The notes beneath the pieces are model-generated. The model was not told the origin of the DNA. It searched no databases and worked only from the letters and a program-made list of their open reading frames with translations. The position numbers and the translations under genes are program-made. From NCBI RefSeq assembly GCF_009914755.1, contig NC_060942.1: DNA of 64,000 nt, one strand, 5' to 3'. Positions 13,216 to 25,822 of the stretch are shown piece by piece. Each line of letters starts with the position of its first letter. The first letter of the stretch is position 1. The DNA comes from the human T2T-CHM13v2.0 reference genome, Homo sapiens.

Positions 13216-14199
13216 CCATTTTGTGAGTGTTTCTTACATTCCAGAGAGTTTGAAGTGCTTAATGTAGTTTCTATTTCTGAATACCCACAACAACTCCTTT
13301 AGGTATGTTTATAATCCTCATTTAGTGGAATTTTAAGATATATGTTTATAAAATCTGCTATTATACCCCAAAATGCTGATGTATGACAAACATTTCACAA
13401 TTATCAACTTTCTAGTTTTCTCCATGAAATAGAAGTTGTTGTAGTACAAATTAAAATAATCAATTAGTGAGTCCTACTAGGAGCTACTAGTTGCAGAGGT
13501 GCAACTTTGAATGCAAGGTATGCTGCATGAGTTTCTGTTAAAAACAGAGGGTAATTTTATCCTGAAGTAAATTGACTGGTTATTCCAGAATTAGAAAGAA
13601 GAAACCATACAACAAACACTAAATGAATATAGAAAGTTCATTTCAGAACTCAGAAAAGGGAATTTTGTCATGCTTAAAGTTGAATGTGATGGACTTATTT
13701 CGAAGACTTTCAAAAATAGCTTTTGCATGAAATGATATACTAATGACAATTAGAATTTGTTTTTCATCAAATTTTTATCATATTTTGAGTAATCTGACTA
13801 GAGAGCAAATATTGTGTATCTTGGAACCATTTTCTTTGGTTTATGTTGAATTTATCATGTCTTCGATTATTGAAGAGAACAAAGTTTCTCACATATTGTA
13901 GAACTTATGTTCTTTGAAATCATAACTCCTACATTTATTTTTAAAATATTTTATTTCCACTTGCCTAAATGAGTTGTCAGTTTGTTTCTCAGCAGCCCAT
14001 GATCTTATCTTAATCTGGTGTACAAATATCCCTTTAATTTTTTGATATTTTATCTCCCCCAAAATCTAATTCCAAATGATAATTCCAAGTGACACAAGAA
14101 CTAAGCCTGAGATGAATCTAGAGCTTTCAGGTGAGAGAGAAGTCTGACGAAAAGCTGTCCTGCTCTGACCTCAGAAGAGGAGAAGGTTCAAGTTGGTCT

Positions 14200-14900
14200 C
14201 TAAAGCCTTCCACTGTCTCACATACTCAGTTTTCTGTGTCTCCTTTCTTCAGCATTCAACTCTATCACTCTCTTGACATGACTTTCATCAAGGTGAGTGG
14301 CTGTTCTCTACAGCCAAGGAACGCCCTCTCTTGTTTGAGCTTCCTCTTGTATTTGATATTTTTGTAACACTTTTATTTATAACACAATCTTCTTAAATTC
14401 TTTGATGTCAGCCTCTTCCTTTTGGAATCTTCCATAATTTTATCTCATTATCTGCTTAAATTATTCCTCTTGTAAGTACCACATGAATGCAGATGCTCAG
14501 AAGGTCCTATACTCTTATTTTTTCCTAGATATTCATACTCAAACTCAAGTTAATGTGATGTTTCCAAATTACAGGTCTAATCTTGTTATTCTCTGGCTGA
14601 AAGTCCTGAATGAGCTGCCCAGAACTTTCAAAATACACAAAATCCTTCTTCATTCTAGGTGTGCCACATACTCCTACACGAACCCTCCTCCAGTTCTACT
14701 GAACTAATTGTAATTATCAAATGCTCATTGCTGTTTACCCTCAGTGCTTTTGTCCATTCTAATTTTCTTCCTGGAACATTTTTTCCTTACCACTCTTTCT
14801 GGTTAAATTGTGAAAATCTGTTAGGGCAATTTCCTTGGGTCTTCTACCTAGTAAACATCCTGAGACCCTTCTCAAGTCCATATAAATGTTTCCCAGCTTA
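14200..14900 (+). mobile_element. L2 LINE relic
   Basis: Pyrimidine-rich degenerate L2-like sequence (TTCCAAATTACAGGTCTAATCTTGTTATTCTCTGGCTGAAAGTCCTGAATGAGCTGCCCA). Confidence 0.45.
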
Positions 14901-14953
14901 TCCATTCCACCATGGCCTAGGAAGACAAAATGCTTCTCCAAGACCAGGAGGTG

Positions 14954-15330
14954 TGTAATAGTCCATTTTCACACTGCTATAAAGAACAGCCCGAGGCTGA
15001 ATAACTTACAAAGGAAAGAGGTTTAATCGACTCACAATTCAGCCTGGCTGGGGAGGGCTCAGGAAACTAATAATCATGGCAGAAAACGAAGGAGATGTGA
15101 GGCAGCTTCTTCACAAGGTGGCAGGAAGGAGAAGTGTCGAGCAAAGGTGCAAGAACCCTTCATAAAACCATCAAATCTCATGATAACTCACTCACTATCA
15201 TGAGAACAGCATGGGGGAAACCACTCCCATGATTCAATTACCTCTACCTGGTCTCTCCCTTGACATGTGGGGTTACATTATGGGGGTTACAATTTAAGAT
15301 GAAATTCGGGTGGGAACACAAACCACATCA
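14954..15330 (-). mobile_element. THE1D-like MaLR solo LTR
   Basis: TGTAATAGTCCATTTTCACACTGCTATAAAGAAC...AAACCACATCA; 5-bp TSD AGGTG/ACGTG. Confidence 0.93.
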
Positions 15331-16569
15331 ACGTGTGAGTATCTACTATTGAGCCTGTGCTCAGCACTGGGCAAAAGATTCACAAGAAAATGCCCTGCCT
15401 TTGGGTCACTTGCAATCAGGGGGATATGCACGCCACCAGTTCGCTTAATACATATATATGTATAGTATATAGAGAGATAGGTGTATATTTGTTTGTTTGT
15501 AGAAAAAACAGATTTTGCATAGCCATGGAGCATCAGAGAAAGAAAATAATAGCTAATCTGATAATTAAAGGAGAAGTAATTATTATCAAGTTCACAAATG
15601 TGATGAAAGCATTCCAAACAGATGGTACATCAGGAACAAAGACCTGAAGGCATCACACAATCAACTGTAAGTGAAGTATTTTAAGTAAATCCGCATTTAC
15701 TCAAACCATGAAAATCAAAGTTGTGAGTAGTAAGAAGTCTGGGGAGGAGGGCAGGCTTAGTGCAGAGCATGAATTTCAGATGTTGCTGAGTGGGAGGCAG
15801 TTATAATAACCTATGCAAGCATTTATCAAGACAGGACCTGAGGATATATGTTATCAGGGATTGTTGGGAGTTTCAAATATGTAATTTGTAGTTTTCATTT
15901 TGATTGTACATTGGAATCATCCTGATGACCACCTTATACCCAACTACTGACATATAATTTCAGCAACTGCAGTTGGGATCATGATTAAAATGACAAAAAT
16001 CCCCAAGTAGTATTACTTTAATTGCCACAAACTATAGAGAAAATAAAAGAGGCACAAAAACAGGCAAAATAATATATTTGCAGTAAGTGAAGGTCATATG
16101 GTAAGGTACAAGTGAAAGTTTCAAAGAAAGTTCAGTAAAACAAAACAACTAGGAGAAAAATGATGTCACCCCTTTCCATGTTGCAGAATGGATGCAGTGA
16201 ATTCTAGAGAATCAGTGGACAGCCGAAAAATACAAACCTGAGAAGGATAATTTAATTTCAGCAAAATGTCATTCATCAAATTAAAAATAATACATTGAAA
16301 ATTGTTTAATTCATACATAATTATATCTCCATTTAATTTTTAATTAAATTTGCATTTTTTGTCTGATAGAAGTCACATCCATGAAGAGTTTATACCTAGA
16401 TTTTATGCTTTATATATTTATGGAACATGCTGAAAGTAAGTGTATTCAATCTTTTAGGTCCTCAATATTTGTTTTCCTTCAAAGAGGATTTGGAGCTTGT
16501 CGCTTTCCAACTAGAAGGTTAACATTCTGATTTCACATTAGAAGGTCACATTCCAGTTACCAGAAAAGG

Positions 16570-16820
16570 AAGGAGAACAGCATGAAGGAAAGGTCTGCAG
16601 AGACAACTGTCACCTTAGGAGACTTCGAAGGGATTGGGGAAAATAAATGCCCTCATCTCACTCTCCTGCCTTTCCCTGACCATCTGCTGGGATTTTCAGT
16701 GGCCAATAGGAAGGAGAGGAAAATCCCTGTTGATGTGGCAAGAAGTCAGCATCCTGGAGTGAGACAAGGTGAAGAAGGGCAGAACCAATATGGAATGCCA
16801 AACTGGAGATCCCCAGCACA
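16570..16820 (-). mobile_element. LTR40-like ERVL LTR fragment
   Basis: CCTCATCTCACTCTCCTGCC...GTCAGCATCCTGGAG...CAAACTGGAGATCCCCAGCACA resembles the LTR40 5' end, reverse strand. Confidence 0.55.
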
Positions 16821-17192
16821 GCTGCTTCCCAAAACAGTTTTTAAAAAATGAAAAACAAGACATTCTGTTGGTAAAAATATGAAGACTTCTGTTTACATTC
16901 TTTGCTTAAATGTATGTGTTTCTAGCTTAAAAAAAGAGTGTCTGTGAATCATTTTTATGAAGTGAAAATTATGAGAATTGAACTTGTTAATCTAAAAATT
17001 CTCTCTCCTTTTAAAAGTACAGTCTTATATTTAGAAAGAAATTTAACTAATGGGGTGATAAGGGCAGGCCGCAAGCCAAGAAAGTGATAAAAGGATTAAC
17101 TAATCCAGGGCAAAAAGGTCTTTATTTTTTAAAGAGTCAGCATTAAATCTTCCAATAGCAAAAGTTCAGATTTAAAAAGGTGGGAGGCTGAT

Positions 17193-17286
17193 GCACATCC
17201 TACACATGTACCCCGGAACTTAATAATAATAATGATGATAATAATAATAATAAATAATTACTAAACAATTTTTAAAAAGAAAAGAA
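17193..17286 (+). mobile_element. Extremely 5'-truncated L1PA 3' terminus with tail decayed to (AAT)n
   Basis: GCACATCCTACACATGTACCCCGGAACTTAA is the L1PA 3' end, followed by AAT repeats. Confidence 0.75.
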
Positions 17287-17939
17287 AGTTGCGAGGGATG
17301 AATGTCTTCCCCAGTCCCCTATCCATTAGTTAAAGAATAATTTATAAATCTCTTTGTTTTCTAAAACACTTTCTTTCTAATTTTAAAGATAAATGTTAAA
17401 TTCAATTTACATTTTAAAATGTGTTTAAAAAGCATACATTGTATAACAAAACTGAAAACTTTATTATTTTACCTTAATTGCTTTAGAAGAATATTTTGTT
17501 TTTCTTCGTGGAAATGAAAAGTTACTAGTAATACAAATTTGGAAATTTGGGACATATCAAATCTGCAAGTATTTGCATTTCTTAACTAAATGTAGACAAA
17601 ATCTTAAATAAATGAAAGAGGAATTTAGAATTGTCATTGAAAGGCTTTAGGGTTTAAGTTAAAATTTTGTAAATTAACACAACTCTAAAAATTTGCATTT
17701 ATAATCGAATTTATAGAATCTATAAAATAATATTACATTTAGTATTTATGTATACCTTGTAAACATTTTCTAAAATTGTTCAGTTAGTTTTTGGAAGTCA
17801 AAATTTGTCATAGAAATAGATTTATAATTTCCAATAGCCTCTAAAATTTTGGATTTCACAAGAGGGATTCATGTCGTTAAAATGAGAATGCTTAAAAAAC
17901 AGACCTGTGAAGTAAAGTTGGATTTGTCACCTTAGTCAA

Positions 17940-18665
17940 AAGGAGATTTTTGACCAAACCTCTACAGCATATATTTGCATATACTGTTCTGGGCTAATCA
18001 TGAGAAATTCCTAGAGAGGGATCATCTCCTGAATTTCCCTTCAGGAAATCTGAAGATTTTGACTGCTATTGCATCCAAACAAGACCACCTGAGAGAACCA
18101 TTTGGAGTGATACATAGCAACCATTGGTACAATATAAATACTGTAACATGATAATGAATAGTATAACACATTAAATGTGAAAGAATTTTTTTTTTGAGAC
18201 AGTGTCTTGTTCTCCTCCCACTTCAGCCTCCCAAGTAGCTGGGACTATAAGTATATGCCACCACACCCGGCTAATTTTTGTATTTTTTGTAGAGGCGAGG
18301 TCTCACTATGTTGTCCAGACTTGTCTCAAATTCATGAGTGCAAGTGATCGGCCCACCTCACCCTCCCAAAGTGCTGGGATTACAGGTGTGTGCCACTATG
18401 TCCGGCCGAAAAAGATATTTCACATCATAATATAAGAACAAGTTTGTGGTAATTCCATATCTCCAAGCTGAAACATGCTCTGGTGCCACAAAGCAGAGTA
18501 TGTGTCCAAGGTTAATGGAATCATATCAAAAGTGCACGCAAAGGAAATCCCATTCAATGAGCTGTTGACAGTTGGAGCATCCAAAGATGAATAAAGACTT
18601 TAGTTAATTGAAAAATATCCAATCCATAAAGAATTGAGTTCATAATGATACTTCAAACAAAGAAA
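17940..18665 (+). mobile_element. Old L1MC-type 3' fragment, interrupted by AluJ
   Basis: GTTAATGGAATCATATCAAAAG...TTGGAGCATCCAAAGATGAATA...GAGTTCATAATGATACT; boundaries approximate. Confidence 0.4.
18186..18407 (-). mobile_element. AluJ with ~70 bp deletion in the right arm
   Basis: Poly-T, GAGACAGTGTCTTGT|TCTCCTCCCACTTCAGCCTCCC, J-type TCTCACTATGTTGTCCAG, ends TCCGGCC. Confidence 0.93.
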
Positions 18666-19713
18666 AGATAATTTAAAGGTATTTTAAATTATAAAATGTA
18701 TAGTTGTTGAGTCTTTTACTTCTTCATATACCTTAAAAATATTATAATAACAAAATATTGTGAGAGAACAGAAAAAACATGTGGAAGACTTTTCATCTGT
18801 ATAAATGTATGTGTTTAAATGCCTAAATTATATAAAGCAAAAATAATTTGGCCTTTTAAAGTAATAGCATTGTTACTCTAATATAATAGCTGAATTGAGT
18901 AACTGATTTATTTAGACTTAGGAAATCATGATGAAAGTTCTCAATTTATAAAGAGTGTTGCAGCATCTAAGAGAACTGAGGTTTACTGCATCTGTATGAA
19001 TAATTTATTCAATTCTAAAAATTATTTAGTATCTAGGAAAAACTTGTTTAAAAATCAGAGAATTGAAGTACTTTAAAAGGAAACAGAATTTTTAAAATAT
19101 AGATTAATGTATGTAAAGATAGTTAATTAAGTTTGTGAATGAGATCAAAGATACCTTAAAAGTGATAGATGTTTAGTAGACATATATTGAATGATAACTT
19201 GTGCAAGGGAAATGAAAATCATCAAAGAGAACATCGAGATTTTCACCATTCTATGCCACTTTTCCTCATCAAGGGAAAGGGCTGACCAAGTCCACGAAAA
19301 AAGACTGGAAACCCCAGAGCCAGCTCTAAAGAACCCACAGCAACCTTGGGACCAGAGTGTGATGTGGAACCCCTGGTGGATCTTCCTCCCCATCACTTTT
19401 CATGACCTGCTCCCTCAACTCTTTTCCTGAGGTGGTTGATGACAAAAATCAATAGACTCATGATTACATAGGTGTAAACTTGTGGCTATATCACCACAAA
19501 ATGAAGAAAATAAGAGAAAAAGTTTCTTTTCAATTATAAAGATATCTACAAGTCATGTAGAGCCACTTAGAGAAAAAGCAAAGTTAAGTTCTTTACAAAA
19601 TCTTTTTCTGAGCAGAACTGAGAAGCCTGCCATGTGTACCTTATCAGCATCCCCACTTGTAAATACTAAGTGTAATTACTAAGTGTAATACTTGCTCACT
19701 TGTAAATACTAAG

Positions 19714-20066
19714 TGTATTGGTCCATTCTCATACTGCTAATAAAAACATACCTGAGACTGGGTAATTTATAATGGAGAGAGGTTTGATTGACTCACTGTT
19801 CCACATGGCTGGGAGGCCTCAGGAAACTTACAATCACGGTGGAAAGCACCTCTTCACCTGCCAGCAGGGGACAGAATGAGTACCCAGCAAAGGAGAAAAC
19901 CCTGTAAAACCATCAGATCTTATGAGAACTCACTCGCTATCATGAGAACAACATGGGGGAAACCACCCCCATGATTCAGTTATCTCCACCTAGTCCCCCT
20001 GGACACATGGGGATTATCACAATTCAAGGTGAGACCTGGGTGGGGACACAGAGTGAAACCATATCA
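19714..20066 (-). mobile_element. THE1C/D-like MaLR solo LTR
   Basis: TGTATTGGTCCATTCTCATACTGCTAATAAAAACATACCTGAGACTGGG...AAACCATATCA. Confidence 0.93.
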
Positions 20067-20313
20067 CTTAAAGGATATTAAGAAACAGGAGGATGATGTT
20101 CGCTTTGATACGGGCTGGAGAACATTCCCTCCATTTCCTTTCCAGTGTGTCATTCAAAGTAAACAACAGTCTTAAGTGCACTTATGAACCTAGATGGAAA
20201 AAAAACTAGTAATCAAATCCAACAGTGTGAAAAAAAAAATAGAAAAAACACCAATGCAGAGATGGCTCAAAATCTTAAAATCCATTTATATAATATACAA
20301 GAGTATCAGTTTA

Positions 20314-20346
<33 letters not shown>

Positions 20347-20704
20347 GTATAAATAATGCAAAGGGAGAAATAATATCAAGTGCATTTAATCCAAATTATT
20401 TATTATTTTTGTTGCTGTATTGTCCAGTTTCAATATCAAGATTCTACCAGTTTGCTTTTGTTGTTTGATAAACCTAGGTGTCTGTAAATGCTTCATTTGA
20501 CTAAAAGAATGTGGAGAGGTGTGTTCTGATGCCTTTCAGAGGCTTCACATCTTCTTTTCTATTCAATAAAGTAGAATTTTAAGAAGAATAAAATAAAATA
20601 AAATAAAATAAAAGCAAAGTAAACAACAGTCTCATATTAATTCTCAATCCATAGTACTTTTTTTCTCTTAACAAGAGTTTGCAGTCACTCTGTGCATCTC
20701 TGAC

Positions 20705-20915
20705 ACTGTATTCAGACAGGACCATAAATTCCAAAATGTGCTCTGTCACCTAGAAGCTCTATGTCAACTAGAACATTTGTTTATTTCTCTAAATAATGTT
20801 TCTTATCTAATAAGTGCTGCTAATATTAGTTACAGTTTCATAAAGTCAACAGAGATAATACGTGAGAAGCATTTGAATACTGTATGAATATAATAAGCTG
20901 TTGACTATAAAACTA
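20705..20915 (+). mobile_element. MIR SINE relic
   Basis: CTCTGTCACCTAGAAGCTCTATGTCAACTAGAAC...AGATAATACGTGAGAAGCATTTGAATACTG follows the MIR layout. Confidence 0.5.
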
Positions 20916-21769
20916 TTAATAAGTTTTATTAGAATTATTGCAATATATTGTGTTTTTTTAAACTTGCTGCCTCCTCACTGATAGTTAAGATCACTATGGG
21001 ATGGAATAGTCTGTTTTTATTTCTGAAAGTCCAATATTAATACGGAGTACTTAATACTATGTATAAGTGAATAAATTCTTAAATTAATTAAATAATTAGC
21101 TGGTATAATTATCCTCCAAATACCTTCTAGTTACGGAATTATATACTCCAATAGTAAGAGGAATACTTTAACTTGGATGAAGAGATCATTGCAGTCAAAA
21201 ATCTCAGAACACTTTAAATCCAAAGTAGCTTGTAGTTTTAAGCCTTTCTAAATAGAAAATATTCAAGATAATTTAATTCTAGCTTTAAAATAGAATCAGC
21301 TGTATTAAATTTAGGAAAACAAAATTGTTTTGTGATTGAGATAATTTATGTGGAAAAAAAACAAACCGGAATAAAGATGTAAGACATTATCCCATTATCC
21401 ATATCTATCTCTCTCTCTACCTACCTACTTACCTACCTATCTAGTGTGCTCTAAACAATAAATATAAGGATGCTATAAAAATCAAATGTTTCTTATTAGT
21501 TTTAAAAACAATTTGATAAGTTTAAAAGTATATACACAGAGAGAGATAGAGAAAGAAAAAGAAAGGATATAGATGGTAGAGATACAGATGCAGATGGACA
21601 CAGGGACAGGAATAAAGATATAGATTTTGAAGAATGCTTAAGTGAAACAATGGTCTTCAGCTGATAAGTATGTCATCATCCAGGTGGTGGGGATTCCACT
21701 TGGGAGATGCTATAATCATGAGGAACAATGTCTCATGTCAGTGTGTGTACAGCAACTCAAACTTACCTT

Positions 21770-22240
21770 AGGCTGAAACAGAAATCTGCAAAGCAGTGGT
21801 TAAGGTAAATGAATTGAATCTGGATTTGGGTGGTTCACGGATTTAGTTTCATTGCTGAGGGATCTCAGAGCCATGGCATTTTGATTTTTCTCGCCTTTCC
21901 TCATAGCTGCTGTGTGGCCACAAAATCACTGCTTTTCCTGTCACATCAAATATTCATTTTAGCCATGAACAAGAGGCAGATTGAAGGCCAGAAAAATAAA
22001 AACACCAGACAAAACAAAAAGCATGAGTCTTGAGGTGCTCACTTTTGAGGAGCATTCCTAAAAATCCCACCCAGCAAGTTCCACTTACCACAGCCTTGGA
22101 GCCAGCCAAAGCTGGAAATGCCATTGGGAAATGTAGCTTTTTTAGCTGTCTGGATTTTCACTTCCAACAAAATCCCGGTACTGTTAGCAAGGAAAAGGTG
22201 GTGAATGGATATTGGATCAGCATTTTGCAATCTCTGCAAC
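21770..22240 (-). mobile_element. LTR33-like ERVL LTR
   Basis: TTGGGAAATGTAGCTTTTTTAGCTG...AAAATCCCGGTACTGTTAGCAAGGAAAAGGTGGTGAATGGATATTGG...TCTCTGCAAC. Confidence 0.65.
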
Positions 22241-22354
22241 CATTCTTTTTCTTTGACATTGTTATGTTTTACTGAATTATTTACCAAAATGTCAAATAAA
22301 ATATATCTATTATTTAAATACCAACCTTGGTAAGGTCACCAACTTTTTCAAAAT

Positions 22355-23012
22355 TAATAAACTTTTTTAGACTAGCTTTAGGTTTAGCATAAAATTGAAC
22401 ATAAAGTATAGAGTTCCCAAACACCACTCCCCACCCCACTCACAAACATAGCCTCCCCCACTATCAACACCTCTCATTAGTTTGGTGCATTTGTTAACCA
22501 TCAATGAGCCAATATATAGGGATGTCATTATCGGCCAGAGTTTATAGTTTTCTTGAACTTTCATTCTGTGTTGTACATTCTATGGGTTTTGACAGAAGTG
22601 TAATTATGTGTGTCGACTATTGTACTGTGAAACAGAATGGTTTCAATGCCCTAAAAATCCCCTGTGTTCCACCTATTCATCCCTCACTTTCCCAAAACCT
22701 CTGGCATCCACCGAACTTTTCACTGCCTCTGTAGCTTTGCTTTTTCCGGAATGTAATATACTCAGAGTCATATGGTTATGTAGTCTTTTCGTATTGACAT
22801 CTTCACTTAGTACTATGCATTTACGGTTCCTGTGTGTTTCTGTGACTTGATAGCTTATTTCTTTTTAGTCTTGAACAATGTTCTATTGTACAGAAGTACC
22901 ACAGTTTATTTGTTCACCTGCTGAAGGGCATTTTAATTGCTTCCAGGTTTTGACAATTATGAATAAAGCTGATATAAACATTTACATGCAGGTTTTTGTG
23001 TGGACATCTGTT
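22355..23012 (-). mobile_element. L1MC1/2-like 3' end
   Basis: GCTTTAGGTTTAGCATAAAATTGAAC...GTTGTACATTCTATGGGTTTTGACA...GCCCTAAAAATCCCCTGTG...GCAGGTTTTTGTGTGGACAT. Confidence 0.85.
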
Positions 23013-23699
23013 TGACTACCATTTAATTTTAGTCACATTGCCTAACAAGTATTTGCAAAAGTGTCAGATGTTCAAACTCCTCTGGTGCTGAAGAGTAACT
23101 GAATTACAATATTTAACAATTTAAATTCATTTTTCATTAATAAAAAGTACAGTATTATTACCTATATCAAACGTAGTCCTCCACAGTAAAAGTGTGTATG
23201 GAATTACAGATTCAATAAAACATAAACATAAAATTACTTTTTATATCAAAAGTAGTTTCATAGTATCTAGATTCACTTCCGACATTGATATTAACATAAA
23301 CACTTTGAAACATACTTGTGGCATGTCTTTTGATGTCAAGCTATGTATTGCTGTAATAACAAACACTGCTTTGAATTCCATTTCTAAGAGTTTATTGTTA
23401 ATCTTATTTGCTTATTTCAGGTAAAAATCAGAAACCTTTTCTCTGAGTAAGTCTTCTCCCAAACATGTCTATGTTTAAGACTAATCCTTTTTTCACATGC
23501 CATTGGTTCCAAGTTTCTAATTTACTTCTATTATTTCTTATTTCATTTAAACCAAATCCAGATGCTTCATCCCACTATTTGAAGTCCACCAAGCCCTGCA
23601 ATCCCTCAGTCAACTTATTTAATTGCACACAACTCCAAACTACTTTCTAATTGACTTATGCTATTTTTAGTGGCTTTGCATATTATTTCATTTTCCAGC

Positions 23700-24025
23700 T
23701 CATATGGTTCTTTCTCTCTGTTCCTTTTTCCCAGTCTAAATTTTTCAAATTCTTTAAGTACAAAAGAACCCTCTTATTGCCATTTCTCTAGGCATCCAAT
23801 AAACTCTGCCTTAATACTTCATAAAACACCAGACGCTCTATTCAAACATCTACATTTTGGTCTATATCACACACGTAAACACTTAATATCCCATTTTACG
23901 TTATTTTTAAGCTCTTTTCTGTATGTTTGTCTTCTCACCTTATCTAGACTAAGCTCCCCATGGCACCTAACACATTGTTGATCACATGGTAGATTTTTAA
24001 TCAATACTTGCTGAGTTTTTTAATT
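23700..24025 (+). mobile_element. L2 3' relic
   Basis: CTAGACTAAGCTCCCCATGGCACCTAACACATTG...TCAATACTTGCTGAG. Confidence 0.45.
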
Positions 24026-24876
24026 AATTCACTGTCATTGCTTGTATATATGCCAATACAACTATTGTCTTTGTCATCTGCATTGTTTTATCTAGACGTC
24101 ATACTCTGCCTCTAATCCATTTAATTCATACTTGTAGGTTCAACCCCATTGTAGATTCTGTAAACAATCTTCTTTTATTAGCAGGATGAATAAAAAGACT
24201 CCTAGGTCAATAATTTTCTCATGTAATGACTGTCTTTTGCTTTGACATTCATAGACTCACTTCTAATAGTCCTCCAGTAGCCAGGATTTTGGAATATTCT
24301 CTCTCTCTTTCTCCTCAGATATGCTGCTGACTTGATCCCCAAGTGTTTCAGAGGTAAACTGCGCTTCTTTTCTGATGTTTCACGTTCCATGTGATGGGTT
24401 TATTTCTCCTGAGCAAGTCAGCTTCTTGAGAGAATGAACTGTATTCCTGTTAATACTATTCCTCACCTTACCTAGCAAAACTACAAGACACTAAATAAAT
24501 GTTCATTAGATGAGTTAAAGCTTACCCAATATTTGCATTGGGGCTTCACTATTGCTGTTATGACTTGCACAGTCTTCATTTCTTTCTTCCATAGACCTGG
24601 ATTTTGATTTGATTTGGTTTGGGAATTTATTAAAAGTGATTGCCTTTAACTTTTCTTTCCTATAATAAATACCTTAGAATTGACTTTTTTCAGTATTTGG
24701 AGCTTCAGCCTTCAGTGAGGACTTAGCTGGTCTCATTGCCAGCTGAGTCCTAATTCAGATACCCACCTCTGTTAGAGCAAATGAATGCAGTTTATGGAGT
24801 CAAAATTAAGCTACGGCAATTTTAGCACATTTTCTGTCTAAATATCACATTCCAAACTCAATCTTTATTGGGTTAG

Positions 24877-25237
24877 TGTATTAGTCTGTTTTCACATTGC
24901 TCTAAAGAACAACCTGAGACTAGGTAATTTATAGAGGAAAGAGGTTTAATTGACTCAAACACAGTTCGTACGGCTGGGGAGGCCTCAGGAAACTTACAGT
25001 TATGGCAGAAGGTGAAGGAGAAGCAAGCACCTTCTTCACAAGGTGGCAGAAGAGAGAGGCAGAGAGGAAGCGCAGCACTTTTGAACCATCAGATCTGGTG
25101 AGGACTCACTCACTATCATGAGAACTGGGAGAAACTGCCCGCATGATACAATCACCTCCCAACAGATTCCTCCCTATCACGTGGGGATTACAATTCCAGA
25201 TGAGATTTGGGTAGGGACACAGAGCCAAACCATATCA
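24877..25237 (-). mobile_element. THE1D-like MaLR solo LTR
   Basis: TGTATTAGTCTGTTTTCACATTGC...GAGCCAAACCATATCA; TSD GTTAG/GTTAA. Confidence 0.93.
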
Positions 25238-25790
25238 GTTAATCTTTGAGCAAAATTGAACTGACGTGTTCATGGATTTCATAGCACCTTACTCCAGCAA
25301 GAGCCTATATATCATAAATTTCCTCATAGTAAAATTTGCTTAACAGTAACAGAGAATTTCTGCTCTCAGATATGTCTCAGCTCCACCTCGATCATGAACT
25401 AGCTCAGGATTTCAGATATGTTCTCAGACCTTTAAGCTTATTTCGCATATTCAATATTGCTTTTATTTAATCCTATTATGTGATTTCAGTATGATTTTAT
25501 ACCTAAGTATAAGATTTTGGCAAAATGTTCTATTTCCCTTTTTCATTTCTCTCTTCTTAAAATGAAGATGGCATTTATCTAAAATATGTTTACTTCTAAA
25601 AAGATATCCTATTTGAGATTTTTAATTCAAAATGGGAAAAAAATCACATTTTCCAAAAATTTATTTGAAAGGTGAAGAATAAATTAAACAATGGTATTTT
25701 ATTTTACTTCTTGAATCTTCTAAGTCTAAAGCATACCCAAAAGTAGATTCAGGATTTTAAAGTGTTCTTATTTAAAATGTTAATTTACGT

Positions 25791-25822
<32 letters not shown>

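Noticed and set aside
19654-19717. Short spaced direct repeats resembling a CRISPR array (also 7040-7160 and 53171-53251)
   Set aside because: Only 2-3 units, no unique spacers, no cas genes, and a primate genomic context
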